Source: an uncultured virus (IMG/VR IMGVR_UViG_3300002231_000147)
Lineage: Duplodnaviria; Heunggongvirae; Uroviricota; Caudoviricetes
Reading direction: 5' to 3' (one strand)
DNA: 20,000 nt
IMG/VR virus record: IMGVR_UViG_3300002231_000147
Coordinates: 55,809-75,808 of that record
This document shows positions 1 through 10,067 of this stretch, one piece after another; positions within the stretch are counted from its first letter, which is position 1; the number at the start of each line of letters is the position of its first letter. The position numbers and the translations under genes were made by a program. The notes under the pieces were generated by a model, which made no database searches, was not told where the DNA came from, and saw nothing but the letters and a program-made list of their open reading frames with translations.

Positions 1-1607
1 ATCCATATGATAATGCTCATCCGATGGGTGAATTCTCTGCTACAGGGGATTATCACTCATTCATGTATGCGAGTGTTGAGCCTGATAAGATCAAACGACT
101 TCAAGAATATCGATTAATGGCTAGTTATGACTTCATCACTAGTGCGTTAGATGAAATTTGTGATGACTTTATTGTAGTTGATGAGGATGATCACATTTTT
201 ACATTCAGGATTGATGATGATGACATGGATAAACAAGCCAAAGAGACTTTGGAGAAGGAGTTTAGACGTATTATACAACATTTTGACTTAGAAAATAAAG
301 GGTTGGGAGTATATTCATAACTTATTAATTGATGGTGAGGTATATTTTGAGCATATTATCTCAGAAGATGAGCCAGATAAGGGTGTTTTAGGTGTATTAT
401 CCGTCCCATCCGATCAAATTGACCCTATTTTTAATTAATGTCCAAAATAATGTTGGTAAAGGGGTATCTTTTAAGAAAGCCTGTGTATGATCCAGAGACT
501 AGACAAGTTAAGGAGATCATTCCAGTCATTTTTGACAAGAATCAGATTTCGTATTTCCACTCTCACTTGTGGAATGACCAAAAAACGTTCAGATTACCTC
601 ATGTTGAGAAGGCTACTCGTGCATATAAGCAATTAAATATGATCGAGGATAGTATTGTTATCCACCGTTTGGTAAATGCCCCAGAAAAACTTGTTTTCAA
701 CGTGGATACTGGTAATATGAGTCAACCTCAGTCCGAGCGATACATTAGTCAACTCGCTCAGAAGTATTGGTCTAAGAAAACTTACGATTCCAAGCAAGGT
801 GGGGTAAATATGTTCAATCCTCAGTCTATGTTGGATGCATTTTGGTTCCCTAAGCGTAATGGTAGCGATGGAACATCTATTGAGAAGCTTAAGGGTGAAT
901 CTAACCTTGGCGATTTGCCTGAATTAGCGTTTTTCACAAATAAGCTATATAAGTCACTCAATGTTCCTACAAATCGCCTGATGCCTGAGTCAACGCGCTC
1001 AGATGGTGCGGAAATGGTTAACGAAGAGTTGAAATTTGGTAAATTCATTGAACGTTTACAAAAACAATTCTCAGAGACTATCAAACAGACATTTATCACT
1101 CACTTGAAGCTTCGCGGATGGTGGAAGGAATATAATTTATCCAATGATTTGATTAAGTTGAAAATGAACCCACCAACTCACTATGTTATGCTTAGGCAGC
1201 AACAGATTTTTGAATTGGAAAGTTCTAACTATGCTAATATGGCAGCATCTGAACTTATCTCGGAAACATTTTGTCAAAACCTATATTTGAAGTGGAATGA
1301 CAAACGTATTCTTGCTAATAGAGAACATTTACGTAAAGAGCAAGGTTTCCTATGGGAACTTCAAAATATTGCAACATATGGTCCAGATTGGCAGAATGAA
1401 ATGCAAAAAGCTGGGGATGCTGGTGCTGAAGACTTTAATGGTGGTGCTGGTCCTACTGGTGGTGCTATGGGTGGTGATAGTGGATTAGGTGGAGATGACT
1501 TCGGTGGCGCACCTGATGAATCTGTTCCACCTGATGGATTGGGTGATGCTGCTCCTGCAACTGCCCCAGCGGATACTGCACCTCAACCAGCAGTTGATGA
1601 AGTTTAA
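1..1607 (+). CDS. gp20: T4-like portal vertex protein (5'-truncated; ORFs 24..320 and 438..1607 joined across ~3 single-base insertions at ~300, ~436, ~449)
   Basis: gp20 motifs YRLMA..ITSALDEICD, LIDGEVYFEH (in the +1 frame 301-435, missed by the ORF track), QLNMIEDSIVIHRLVNAPEKLVFNVDTGNM, SMLDAFWFPKRNG..GTSI, KLYKSLNVPTNRL, EELKFGKFIERLQKQF; G/D/P/A-rich C-terminal tail. Confidence 0.95.
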
Positions 1608-1609
1608 AT

Positions 1610-1644
1610 AAAAAAACCCTCACAAATTAATGTGAGGGTTTTTT
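1610..1644. terminator. Bidirectional intrinsic terminator between convergent gp20 and 1650..2438
   Basis: AAAAAAACCCTCACA-aattaa-TGTGAGGGTTTTTT perfect stem with A-tract and T-tract. Confidence 0.9.
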
Positions 1645-1649
1645 GTTAA

Positions 1650-2438
1650 TTATTTAGGTCGTTTACAATATCCGTTGAATGCTTTCGGAACATGAACTTC
1701 CTTCTTTTTTCTGAAGTCGATACCGATATCTTTCAATGATTCACGAGAAGCATAATAGATTTCAAACTCGGACTTAAGCGCACCTGTTTCAAATTCTACA
1801 TGTTTAATATGTGAACTAACATCTTTACCCATTTTACTACCAAGATCAAAATCTGGTGTATTGTTGGCTGAACATTCTATAGAATTCATCGATAACATAT
1901 TATTATCAATTTTACAACTATATAAGGATGACGATATATCGTTATTATCTAAACCAAGTGTTTCTGAGTTTCCACTATCTAGGAATGATCTAATATTACT
2001 TTGTGAATCAGTCCAATGTGCGTTGATACTTTGTACCATACCCACTGATACGTATGTTGTTGTTTTTCTTTCATACATACGAACACCAATCACACCACAA
2101 TTCTTAGCATAGCCTTGAACCTTTNNTGCTCGACTATCACCCTTTGTGGTGAATGTGAATTCAGCTTCAGTTTCATCACTGGTTCTAAACCCTTTGATTG
2201 TGATTGTCTGACGAGCATCTACTAAGTAACCAGATTCATAGTCTTCCTTATCATCATTTAGAACAGAAAAACCATCTACTGTAATAACAGCCTTAGCTTT
2301 CTTGTATGTGTTATTGGTAATTTTAATTGCATATACTGAATTTTCTTTACCTTCAATATATGTCTTCCAATCTTTAGTATACTCTACTACTTTACGTCCG
2401 TTGACAGTTATATCAACAGAATAATTATTTTTATTCAT
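1650..2438 (-). CDS. Conserved hypothetical protein of large phages (DUF7918-like beta-rich domain)
   Basis: 262-aa ORF, the only long minus-strand gene; pattern VDITVNG..EY..YIEG..YAIKITNN..VITVDG..GYLV..IKGFR..F.F..NCGVIGV; AAGGAAG upstream of ATG; contains Ns. Confidence 0.75.
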   Translation of the reverse strand: MNKNNYSVDITVNGRKVVEYTKDWKTYIEGKENSVYAIKITNNTYKKAKAVITVDGFSVLNDDKEDYESGYLVDARQTITIKGFRTSDETEAEFTFTTKGDSRAXKVQGYAKNCGVIGVRMYERKTTTYVSVGMVQSINAHWTDSQSNIRSFLDSGNSETLGLDNNDISSSLYSCKIDNNMLSMNSIECSANNTPDFDLGSKMGKDVSSHIKHVEFETGALKSEFEIYYASRESLKDIGIDFRKKKEVHVPKAFNGYCKRPK

Positions 2439-2499
2439 TTTACTTCCTTTTGTTTATTGTTATTTGGACAAGCCCACCATACATGGGATTTCGCATAAT

Positions 2500-2529
2500 T
2501 ATTTATATAGATATGTAGTTAAATGTCAA
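2500..2529 (-). promoter_or_regulatory. Promoter for the minus-strand gene: TTGACA-N16-TATAAATA (T4 late box plus sigma70-like -35)
   Basis: Plus-strand tgtcaa 2524-2529 and tatttata 2500-2507. Confidence 0.6.
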
Positions 2530-2548
2530 CAACTAAATAAATATTTCC

Positions 2549-3121
2549 ATGGATATAGAGAGTGAATTAATTTATGAGGCATATTTATTGAACGAAATGC
2601 CGTATCGTATTAAAGGTAACATAACTGATAAAACTATTGATAACGATACAAAAAATAGGGAAGAAGCTAACCGTATTGTGCATGATGAAAATTATGAGCA
2701 TATCGGTGATTTTGGTGGACATGATGTATATGAGTTAGATATAGGGTTTGGTAGTTATTATTTGGATTTAATTAAAGATGGTAAAATACGTCTTCACTAC
2801 TACTTTAAAGACTATAATGATGATTTCATACAAACCAAGGGAGTATATCAAATACGAGAAGATCGTGGATTGATGCAAGAGTTCTTTATAAACTTTATCT
2901 TAAAGGAATATAAGAATGTTGTATCTGATGATAGCTTGACGGATTTGGCTATGGGGTTTTGGATAAAGATAATAACCAAACTACAGAATCAAGCCGAATT
3001 TGGTGTGGTTGATCCAGATGGTGAATTCTTTGAGTTGGGTGATATCGAATCACTTAGAGAATTCCATGACTCCACTGAAAACATGCGTAAGTATAATTTT
3101 TATATAAAATACTTTGGATAA
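2549..3121 (+). CDS. Hypothetical protein, possible internal head protein with GNAT-like C-terminal half
   Basis: 190-aa ORF; N-terminal LIYEAYLLNEMP resembles gp21-cleaved propeptides; VSDDSLTDLAMGFW resembles a GNAT motif-B-like segment; TAAATA box ends 6 nt before ATG. Confidence 0.55.
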   Translation: MDIESELIYEAYLLNEMPYRIKGNITDKTIDNDTKNREEANRIVHDENYEHIGDFGGHDVYELDIGFGSYYLDLIKDGKIRLHYYFKDYNDDFIQTKGVYQIREDRGLMQEFFINFILKEYKNVVSDDSLTDLAMGFWIKIITKLQNQAEFGVVDPDGEFFELGDIESLREFHDSTENMRKYNFYIKYFG

Positions 3122-3129
3122 ATAATTGT

Positions 3130-4017
3130 ATGTCAGAACCACTTTCAGCATATTATTCCACTCATTTGAATTCACGAGTTGATTCAATCGAGAAGTTGGC
3201 AACACGAAACTTACGTTTTCTTGGTTGTCCACTCATCAAACTAGAACTAGCTAAGGATATGGCATATGAAGCTATTTCTAAAGCAGTTGAGCTTTATACG
3301 CAATACACTGAGCCTGATAGGGAATTCTTGTTATTTGACTCTGAGTTATATGAAGAGGGTCGAGGTATTAATATTGAAGCACTTATCAACAATACTCCTG
3401 AGTTATCCTCAACTATCGATCCAGATGATCCTGAATCAGTTAGAGCTTGGGATACGGATTTACAAGATTATCGTAAGGTTATCGACGTTGTTAATGTTGA
3501 AGAAGGTGAGAATCAGGGAACAAACATCCTATTCACTATGCAATATGCTATGGTGCAGCAAATGGGTGCTATGATGCACTCATCTGGACTAAAGAAGGGG
3601 TTTGACCTTGTTACATGGTATAATATGAATGAATTCCTTGAGCTACGTAATAAGATGTTAGCTCTTAAGACATTTTCTAGGTTTGATCAGAATACACAGA
3701 TGTTAAGATTATTCCCTGAACCAAGTAACGATGGTTCTGGTAAATATTGGGCATTGGTTGAATGCTACTTGGAACCACGTTTCCGTGATTGTTTAAAGAA
3801 TCACTTTGTTCAATCATATTCACTAGCATTGATGAAGATTATGATTGGTAATGTTCGTGGTAAGTTCAATGGTGTTAATCTATTAGGTAACGGGACATTA
3901 AATTACAATGATATGCTACAGCAAGGTTTGACGGAGAAAGAAAAACTCGAAGAACAACTACTCAATGGAACAGGTGGATTCGTAAATGGTGCTCCACCAG
4001 CATTCCTTGTATTCTAA
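3130..4017 (+). CDS. gp13: T4 gp13-like neck protein
   Basis: LRFLGCPLIKLEL...AISKAVELY N-terminus; C-terminal YSLALMKIMIGNVRGKFNGVNLLGNGTLNYNDMLQQGLTEKEKLEEQL...PPAFLV typical of gp13; ATAAATA at 3118-3124. Confidence 0.8.
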   Translation: MSEPLSAYYSTHLNSRVDSIEKLATRNLRFLGCPLIKLELAKDMAYEAISKAVELYTQYTEPDREFLLFDSELYEEGRGINIEALINNTPELSSTIDPDDPESVRAWDTDLQDYRKVIDVVNVEEGENQGTNILFTMQYAMVQQMGAMMHSSGLKKGFDLVTWYNMNEFLELRNKMLALKTFSRFDQNTQMLRLFPEPSNDGSGKYWALVECYLEPRFRDCLKNHFVQSYSLALMKIMIGNVRGKFNGVNLLGNGTLNYNDMLQQGLTEKEKLEEQLLNGTGGFVNGAPPAFLVF

Positions 4018-4018
4018 T

Positions 4019-4568
4019 ATGAAAAAATTTATAGATGTATATTACGAAGGGTTACTTAGTGGTATATCTGATGGTAAGACTATCTCAGATATAGCTAAGA
4101 AGCATGGCGTAAAGTATAATCAGATTGTTACACAACTCCGTAAGGGTCGTAGAGTTGAAATGGAGNATACAAAGAGTAAGGATATTGCTATGCGTATTGC
4201 TTTAGATCATCTCATGGAAGACCCAGACTATTATGATAAGTTAGCGACAATAGAAGAGGGTGTATATTCGACAATGGAGGGCGTGGATGTTACCTAATGG
4301 TAAGTATATCCCAAATCATAGTGGTGAAGGTCATTATGGCTCCCTTAGACGTTTAACAAACGAACCCAAACCATCATTTGAGGTGGTGTTTAAAAAAGGT
4401 TGGCAACGTATTGTTTCGATAGGGGAAAACCTATATGCAAATAATTCAATGGTGCGACCAAATGCACGACAAATTTCAGAACTCAAGGATTTGGTTATTG
4501 AGAATAATAAAAACGAGCTACTTTGGGATAACGATTCTGAAGATAGGGTAATATGGAGAAATGAGTAG
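4019..4568 (+). CDS. Hypothetical protein, DUF5661-like N-terminal domain; probably one gene with a +1 insertion at ~4258
   Basis: ATG at 4019; motif G.RVEMExT...IA.RIALDHLMEDPDYYDKL; removing one G from gaagagggtg fuses it to ORF 4260..4568 (length 550 = 3n+1). Confidence 0.6.
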
Positions 4569-5154
4569 TTTAATTATAGTAGATATACAACCATTCTATG
4601 AACCATGGCATAATCACATAACAGACCACGTTATGCAGTATGTTAATAGAAATTGTTCCAAATATGAGAAAGTAGTTTGGTTCTTTAACGATGCTGACGT
4701 TGGTGTAAAGAATGATGTGGATGATATGGTCGAATTCGTATACACTAACGGAGTTAAGGAGGACTGCGTAGAGCAAATAAATTTTGTAAACAAACAATAT
4801 ATGTTTTTCAGGGATTGGATGGACGTTATGGTAGATGAGGAATTCATTATCAAGGTTGCTAGATATATGATTCGTAACGGCATTACTGATAGTAAACAAA
4901 TTGATGAAAATACAATGGAGATGCTTATATTATCATATTTCGATACACCAGAGGGTGTGAATATTAGAGAAGAGTATGATTACTTATTTAAGGATTCTAT
5001 TAAGATACCCTCATTCGATTGGTCTCAATTACAAGAATTAGGTGAGGTTGATACATGTGGTGGCGGTCGTTATGAATGTTTACTTGAAATTGAAATTTTA
5101 TTGAAGGTTGTTGGTGTTAAGGTAAATCGCATCGAGTTATTGGTATATGGCTAA
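4561..5154 (+). CDS. Isochorismatase/cysteine-hydrolase-fold protein
   Basis: N-terminal LIIVDIQP (catalytic Asp position), Lys in FVNKQY, and CGGGRYECLLE (nucleophile Cys position). Confidence 0.6.
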   Translation: MSSLIIVDIQPFYEPWHNHITDHVMQYVNRNCSKYEKVVWFFNDADVGVKNDVDDMVEFVYTNGVKEDCVEQINFVNKQYMFFRDWMDVMVDEEFIIKVARYMIRNGITDSKQIDENTMEMLILSYFDTPEGVNIREEYDYLFKDSIKIPSFDWSQLQELGEVDTCGGGRYECLLEIEILLKVVGVKVNRIELLVYG

Positions 5155-5629
5155 GAAACATAGGCAATATAAGCAAGGTATATATCGACCAAGGAACCCA
5201 AATAAGTTCGGGGAACATAAGTGCATATATCGCTCATCATATGAGTTAGCGTTTATGAAGTGGTGTGATGATCATCCTCGTGTAATTAACGTTAGATATG
5301 AGAAGGTAGTAATACCATATAGGTGTAAGACTGATGGCAAAATGCATAAATATTATTTAGATGTGTTAATAACATTAGTTGAGAAGGATGGTCCTAAAAA
5401 CTATCTGATTGAGATTAAACCATTTAAACAAACCCACCCACCCAAACCATCAAAACGTAAGAAACGAAAGACTGTTATAACAGAGGCTTTCAATTGGGCT
5501 AAAAATTCATGCAAGTGGGATGCTGCTAAGAAATATTGTAAAGAGAATAATCTTAGGTGGACTATAGTGACCGAAAAGGGGTTATATATCGATGATAAGT
5601 TCTATGAAGGTAAGCTATTTGGTAAATAA
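5147..5629 (+). CDS. gp4: T4 gp4-like head completion protein (TnsA-type endonuclease fold)
   Basis: YKQGIYRPRNPNKF, IYRSSYELAFMKWCD, EKVVIPY..DGKMHKYYLD, LIEIKPFKQT.PP, KWDAAKKYC, IVTEK. Confidence 0.9.
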   Translation: MAKKHRQYKQGIYRPRNPNKFGEHKCIYRSSYELAFMKWCDDHPRVINVRYEKVVIPYRCKTDGKMHKYYLDVLITLVEKDGPKNYLIEIKPFKQTHPPKPSKRKKRKTVITEAFNWAKNSCKWDAAKKYCKENNLRWTIVTEKGLYIDDKFYEGKLFGK

Positions 5630-5674
5630 TCTAACATATGTAATTCGGTATGAGCAATTTTAATCTCATTATGG

Positions 5675-5682
5675 TATAAATA
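5675..5682 (+). promoter_or_regulatory. T4-type late promoter
   Basis: Perfect TATAAATA upstream of gp21. Confidence 0.8.
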
Positions 5683-5702
5683 ATTAAAAGAATTTATATC
5701 AT

Positions 5703-6382
5703 ATGAATAACGCATTAAAGTTGATAGTTGAAGAAGTGGATTTCGATTCATTCCAATATTTAGTAGAAGAAAAGAACTCTAAGTCTGACCCTAAGTATTA
5801 TATTGAGGGTCCAATGATCCTTTTGGATGAACAGAACCAGAATGGTCGTGTATACGAAGCGGGTGAGATGAACCCAGCGGTTGAGCGGTATATTAAANNA
5901 TTTGTAGAAACGAATAGTGCGTTGGGTGAAATGAATCACCCTAATAATCCAGACGTTAATCCAGAACGTGCATGTGATAGAATTGTAATCAACTACGTCA
6001 GGAGGGTAATCACTGGATTGGAAAGGCTGTTTGTCTTTCTACACCTATGGGTAAACTTCAAGAGTCTCTAATCCGTGATGGTGTGAGACTTGGTAAGTCA
6101 ACACGTTGCCTTGGTCAACTCGTGGAACGTAATGGATGTAATGTTGTTATGTCTCCTAATATGATAGCTGTTGATACAGTTATGAACCCAAGTGGTCAAG
6201 GTAAGAATGTATCATGCTTTGTTAACGGTATTCTAGAAAATAAGGAATGGAATATCAATTATAATAACGGCAATGAAGAAATATATGATGCGTTCGAAAA
6301 CAATCTTTCAACCCTTCCTAAAAAGGAATTAGATAAGTATCTAACAGAACAAATTCTTAAGTTCGTTAGTGCATTGCGTTAA
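5703..6382 (+). CDS. gp21: Prohead core protease (frameshift artefact near 5985-5992)
   Basis: YYIEG..NQNGRVY, ALGEMNHP (catalytic His), HWIGKAV.LSTPMG in the shifted frame, GVRLGKSTRCLG (catalytic Ser), AVDTVMNPS. Confidence 0.93.
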
Positions 6383-6383
6383 T

Positions 6384-6698
6384 ATGACACCTTTAAATAC
6401 ATTTTTAAAGGATATTCAAGTTATCGAGGAATCTATCAACGACTATGTTGGTATTTTAGAGGAAGAGGATCAATATGTTAATAATCCCCAAGTAAAATCT
6501 CAAGAAAATAAACGAGTATCTAAATATTTCATGAAGCGATCTGACTTTGATCGTCATATTGAAAGTGGAGTTATCACATGGAATAAAATGCATGATGATG
6601 GTGGTGGTGACGTTAGAATAGGAACTAATATCCCAGCAAATGCAGTATATTTCGAAGGAGATGTTGTGTATTTCGAAGGTGAAATAGTAATTAACTAA
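6384..6698 (+). CDS. Hypothetical protein (possible virion protein)
   Basis: ATG at 6384 directly after the gp21 stop; acidic N-terminus; C-terminal tandem YFEGDVV/YFEGEIV. Confidence 0.55.
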   Translation: MTPLNTFLKDIQVIEESINDYVGILEEEDQYVNNPQVKSQENKRVSKYFMKRSDFDRHIESGVITWNKMHDDGGGDVRIGTNIPANAVYFEGDVVYFEGEIVIN

Positions 6699-6715
6699 AA
6701 ATAAATAATCATAAC

Positions 6716-8237
6716 ATGGCTATACAATTCTCAGAAGTAATTAAACAAGGTGGTGGAACAATGGAACTTAATGTCCTTGATCCAACTCAAACAGGTGTAG
6801 ATGCATCTATTTCAACAATTGGGACATCTACCGACAATAAGCAGTGGGTTAAAGTTGGTGCATTAGCTACTGATTGGAGACAAATTTTATCAAGTGAAGA
6901 AGATGGATCATANTTAGCTACTATCGAATTAGTTGATGTTACCGAGACTACTCCATCTACAAATGTATTAGGTGTTAAATATAACAAACCTACTCTCGGT
7001 GATGGTGAAACAGTTGGTGGTTTACCAATTGTTATGCAATCTAATTTACCACCCCAAACCTTAATCGGAACAGCTACTGATGTATTCATGGTGAACAGCA
7101 CTACGCTGTTACCTGCTGACGTTCCACTACTACCAACAAGTTTATATATTGGTAATAGTGTTACTGACATTGGCGCAAATACTTTCGACATTGAGGTTAC
7201 TTTAGAAGGTAGTTTAGCAATTCCAGATTCGGTTACTTCAATTGGTGATTATGCGTTTAACGATTGTTCTGGTTTCGATGGAACACTAACACTTGGTAAC
7301 TCACTTACTACGATTGGAGATAGTGCTTTTAGGGATTGTAGTAGCTTCATTGGTGAATTAACAATCCCAGATTCAGTTACTTCGATTGAATTAAATACTT
7401 TTAGAGGTTGCAGTAGCTTCACAGGTAGTTTAACAATTCCAGATTCAGTTACTACGATTGGAGATAGTGACTTTCAGACTATGTTCTAGTTTCACTGGAA
7501 CATTAACACTTGGTAACTCAATTACTTCGATTGAGACCGCTGCTTTCGCTGGTTGTTTTGGTTTTACTGGAGGATTAACAATTCCAGATTCAGTTACTTC
7601 GATTGGAATAAACGCTTTCGTAAGCTGTTCTGGTTTCGATGGAACACTAACACTTCCTACAAATCCATCATTTACTGCGATTGCCTCTAACACTTTCAAC
7701 GGTTGTAGTGGATTCGTCGGTAGTTTAACAATTCCAGATTCAGTTACTTCGATTGGAAATAATGCTTTCGATTCATGTCTGGGTTTCAATGGAACACTAA
7801 CACTTCCTACAAATCCATCATTTACTACAATTGAGGATAATGTATTTAACGGATGTTCTAATTTCACAGGCAACTTAACTATCCCTGATAGTGTAACAGA
7901 TATTGGAACAGACGCTTTCAACGATTGTAATGACTTCAATGGAACGTTAACACTCGGTAACTCACTCACTGATATCGGAAGTGGGGCTTTCCGAAATTGT
8001 TTTGGATTTATAGGCACGTTATCAATTCCAAGTTCAGTTAATCAAATTAGAAATAGTGCTTTTAGGGCTATGGTTAGTGTTACTCGCATTGAGATACATG
8101 CTACAGTAGCACCTACAATCAACGCTGCTGCATTTGCTGATATGACTAGTGTAAGTCCTGCTGAAATACACGTTCCATCTGGCGCAACAGGTTATGCCGC
8201 ATCTTACGATGGTTTAACCGTGGTTTATGACCTGTAA
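6716..8237 (+). CDS. BspA/TpLRR-type leucine-rich repeat protein, copy 1 (~506 aa, 13 repeats; extra A at ~7470 splits the ORF)
   Basis: Repeats LTIPDSVTSIGxxAFxxCxxFTG; comparison with copy 2 (gataatgctttc vs gatagtgactttc) pinpoints the inserted base; TAAATA box upstream. Confidence 0.9.
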
Positions 8238-8253
8238 TAAATTCTAAGGTATA

Positions 8254-8261
8254 TATAAATA
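8254..8261 (+). promoter_or_regulatory. T4-type late promoter
   Basis: Perfect TATAAATA ending 6 nt before ATG 8267. Confidence 0.8.
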
Positions 8262-8266
8262 ATTAT

Positions 8267-8839
8267 ATGAAAGACGCATTAGTAAATATAGAATATAAAC
8301 ACATTAGTCGTGTAGATGAAGATGGTTCAATAACAGATATCCCAGAAGGTTATGAAGTTGTCTCGATCTCAAACGTAAAAGCTGCTGAATTNGAAGCATC
8401 TGCTGAATCATTATACTTAGTTGATGGCGAATTAAAGAACCAAGATGAGATGGATGAAATTATTTCTACAGAGCGTAAGGAATCTCGATTCCAGTCGAAT
8501 GTTGAATTTTTCAAATCTCGTAAGATTCGAAAAATCAAGTTAGCTCGCGATACTGAATACAAATCAATCTTAGTAACATCTGATGGACTCCATTTCAAAG
8601 CTGATTTGGAAACAATCATAGATGTTAAATCGATTATCGAGATGTTACCAGATGGTGGAAGCTACGCTGATTATAAATGCGCAGACGGAACTTATAACAC
8701 GGTTACTAAAGAGCAGTTTAAAACTGCTATTACCGAGGGTATTACTCGTAAGGGTATGGTCTTCGCTAAAGAGAAGGCGTTAGATGATGCTATTGAAGCA
8801 GCGACATCATTCGCTGAACTCGATAGTATCGTATGGTAA
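8267..8839 (+). CDS. DUF4376-like / fibre-assembly-chaperone-like protein
   Basis: KIKLARD...FKADLET...YKCADGT..VTKEQF...KEKALDDAIEAATSFAELDSIVW C-terminus, a pattern typical of proteins encoded beside phage fibre genes. Confidence 0.65.
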   Translation: MKDALVNIEYKHISRVDEDGSITDIPEGYEVVSISNVKAAEXEASAESLYLVDGELKNQDEMDEIISTERKESRFQSNVEFFKSRKIRKIKLARDTEYKSILVTSDGLHFKADLETIIDVKSIIEMLPDGGSYADYKCADGTYNTVTKEQFKTAITEGITRKGMVFAKEKALDDAIEAATSFAELDSIVW

Positions 8840-8864
8840 TAAATTAACACTAAATAATCATAAC

Positions 8865-9870
8865 ATGGCTATACAATTCTCAGAAGTAATTAAACAAGGT
8901 GGTGGAACAATGGAACTTAATGTCCTTGATCCATCATCATCAGGTGTAGATGCATCTATTTCAACAATCGGAACATCCACTGATAATAAACAGTGGGTTA
9001 AAATCGGTGTATTAGATACGGACTGGCGACAAATCTTATCAAGTGAAGAAGAGTGGGACATATTTAGCTAATATCAAATTAGTTGATGTTACCGAGACTA
9101 CTCCATCTACAAATGTATTAGGTGTTAAATACAACAAACCTACTCTCGGTGATGGTGACGCAGTTGGTGGTTTACCAATTGCTATGCAATCTGATTTACA
9201 ATCTCAAACTTTAATTGGAACAGCGACTGGAACATTAATGCTTACTACACCTACACTGTCACCTGCTGACATTCCACTACTACCAACAAGTTTACATATT
9301 GGTAATAGTGTTACCGACATTAGCGCAAATACTTTTGATACTGAGGTTACTTTAGAAGGTAGTTTAACAATTCCAGATTCAGTTACTTCAATTGGAATAA
9401 ATGCGTTTAGTGGATGCACTGGTTTCACAGGTAGTTTAACACTTAGTAACTCACTTGTCGCTATCAACGACGATACTTTTTACGGATGCACAGGTTTCAC
9501 TGGTAGTTTAACAATTCCAGATTCAGTTACTACGATTGGAATAAATGCTTTCAGGGAATGCAATAGCTTCACTGGTGAATTAACAATTCCAGATTCAGTT
9601 ACTACGTTTGGAGATAATGCTTTCAGACTATGTTCTAGTTTCACTGGAACATTAACAATTCCAGATTCAGTTACTTCGATTGGTAATGCTTCTTTCGCGG
9701 GTATGGTTGGTGTTACTCGCATTGAGATATATGCTACAGTAGCACCTACAATCACCCCATCTTCATTTAATAGTATGCCTGGTGTAAGTCCTGCTGAAAT
9801 ACACGTTCCATCTGGCGCAACAGGTTATGATGCATCTTATAGTGGTTTAACCGTGGTTTATGATCTATAA
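8865..9870 (+). CDS. BspA-type LRR protein, copy 2 (~334 aa, 6 repeats; +1 frameshift at ~9051-9060)
   Basis: Same start MAIQFSEVIKQGGGTMELNVLDP and same end EIHVPSGATGY..SY.GLTVVYDL as copy 1. Confidence 0.9.
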
Positions 9871-9916
9871 TATCATTTATTATATATTATTTCATAAAAA
9901 ACAATAAATAATTAAA

Positions 9917-10058
9917 ATGAAGAACAAACAAGATATTTCTAAAACTCATTAAGAACATTGCTGAAGGTAATTATGCTAACGCAAAGACAAACGTGAAAAC
10001 TATCATCGAGAAGAAGATATCTGGTAGAATTTCTAATCTCAATAAAATTTCAAAATAA
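9917..10058 (+). CDS. Small gp67-like prohead core protein (not in the ORF track; one extra A at ~9942)
   Basis: Corrected translation MKNKQDISKLIKNIAEGNYANAKTNVKTIIEKKISGRISNLNKISK*; ATAAATA 9904-9910; directly upstream of gp22. Confidence 0.55.
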
Positions 10059-10067
10059 GCTTATACC

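Larger units (their letters stand above)
6702..9870 (+). repeat. Direct duplication: 6702-7245 ~ 8851-9395 (promoter plus N-terminal domain), 7430-7508 ~ 9580-9657, 8069-8237 ~ 9702-9870; internal 150-bp tandem repeat (7575-7724/7725-7874)
   Basis: Long near-identical nucleotide blocks; unit ttaacaattccagattcagttact recurs many times in both genes. Confidence 0.9.

Noticed and set aside
1410..1607. GC-richer low-complexity stretch as a foreign insertion
   Set aside because: It encodes the ordinary Gly/Asp/Pro/Ala disordered tail of the portal protein.
4859..4867. Fourth copy of the NAD-gene motif (CTAGATATA)
   Set aside because: Only a 9-nt match, inside a coding region.
5147..5629. Transposase or homing endonuclease
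   Set aside because: The TnsA-like motif is the normal fold of T4 gp4, and there are no terminal repeats or interrupted host gene.
7200..8050. CRISPR array
   Set aside because: The repeats are in-frame LRR coding units with related intervening sequence, and no cas genes are present.
6716..9870. Diversity-generating retroelement (TR/VR pair)
   Set aside because: Differences between the copies are not adenine-specific, both copies are full genes, and no reverse transcriptase is present in the window.
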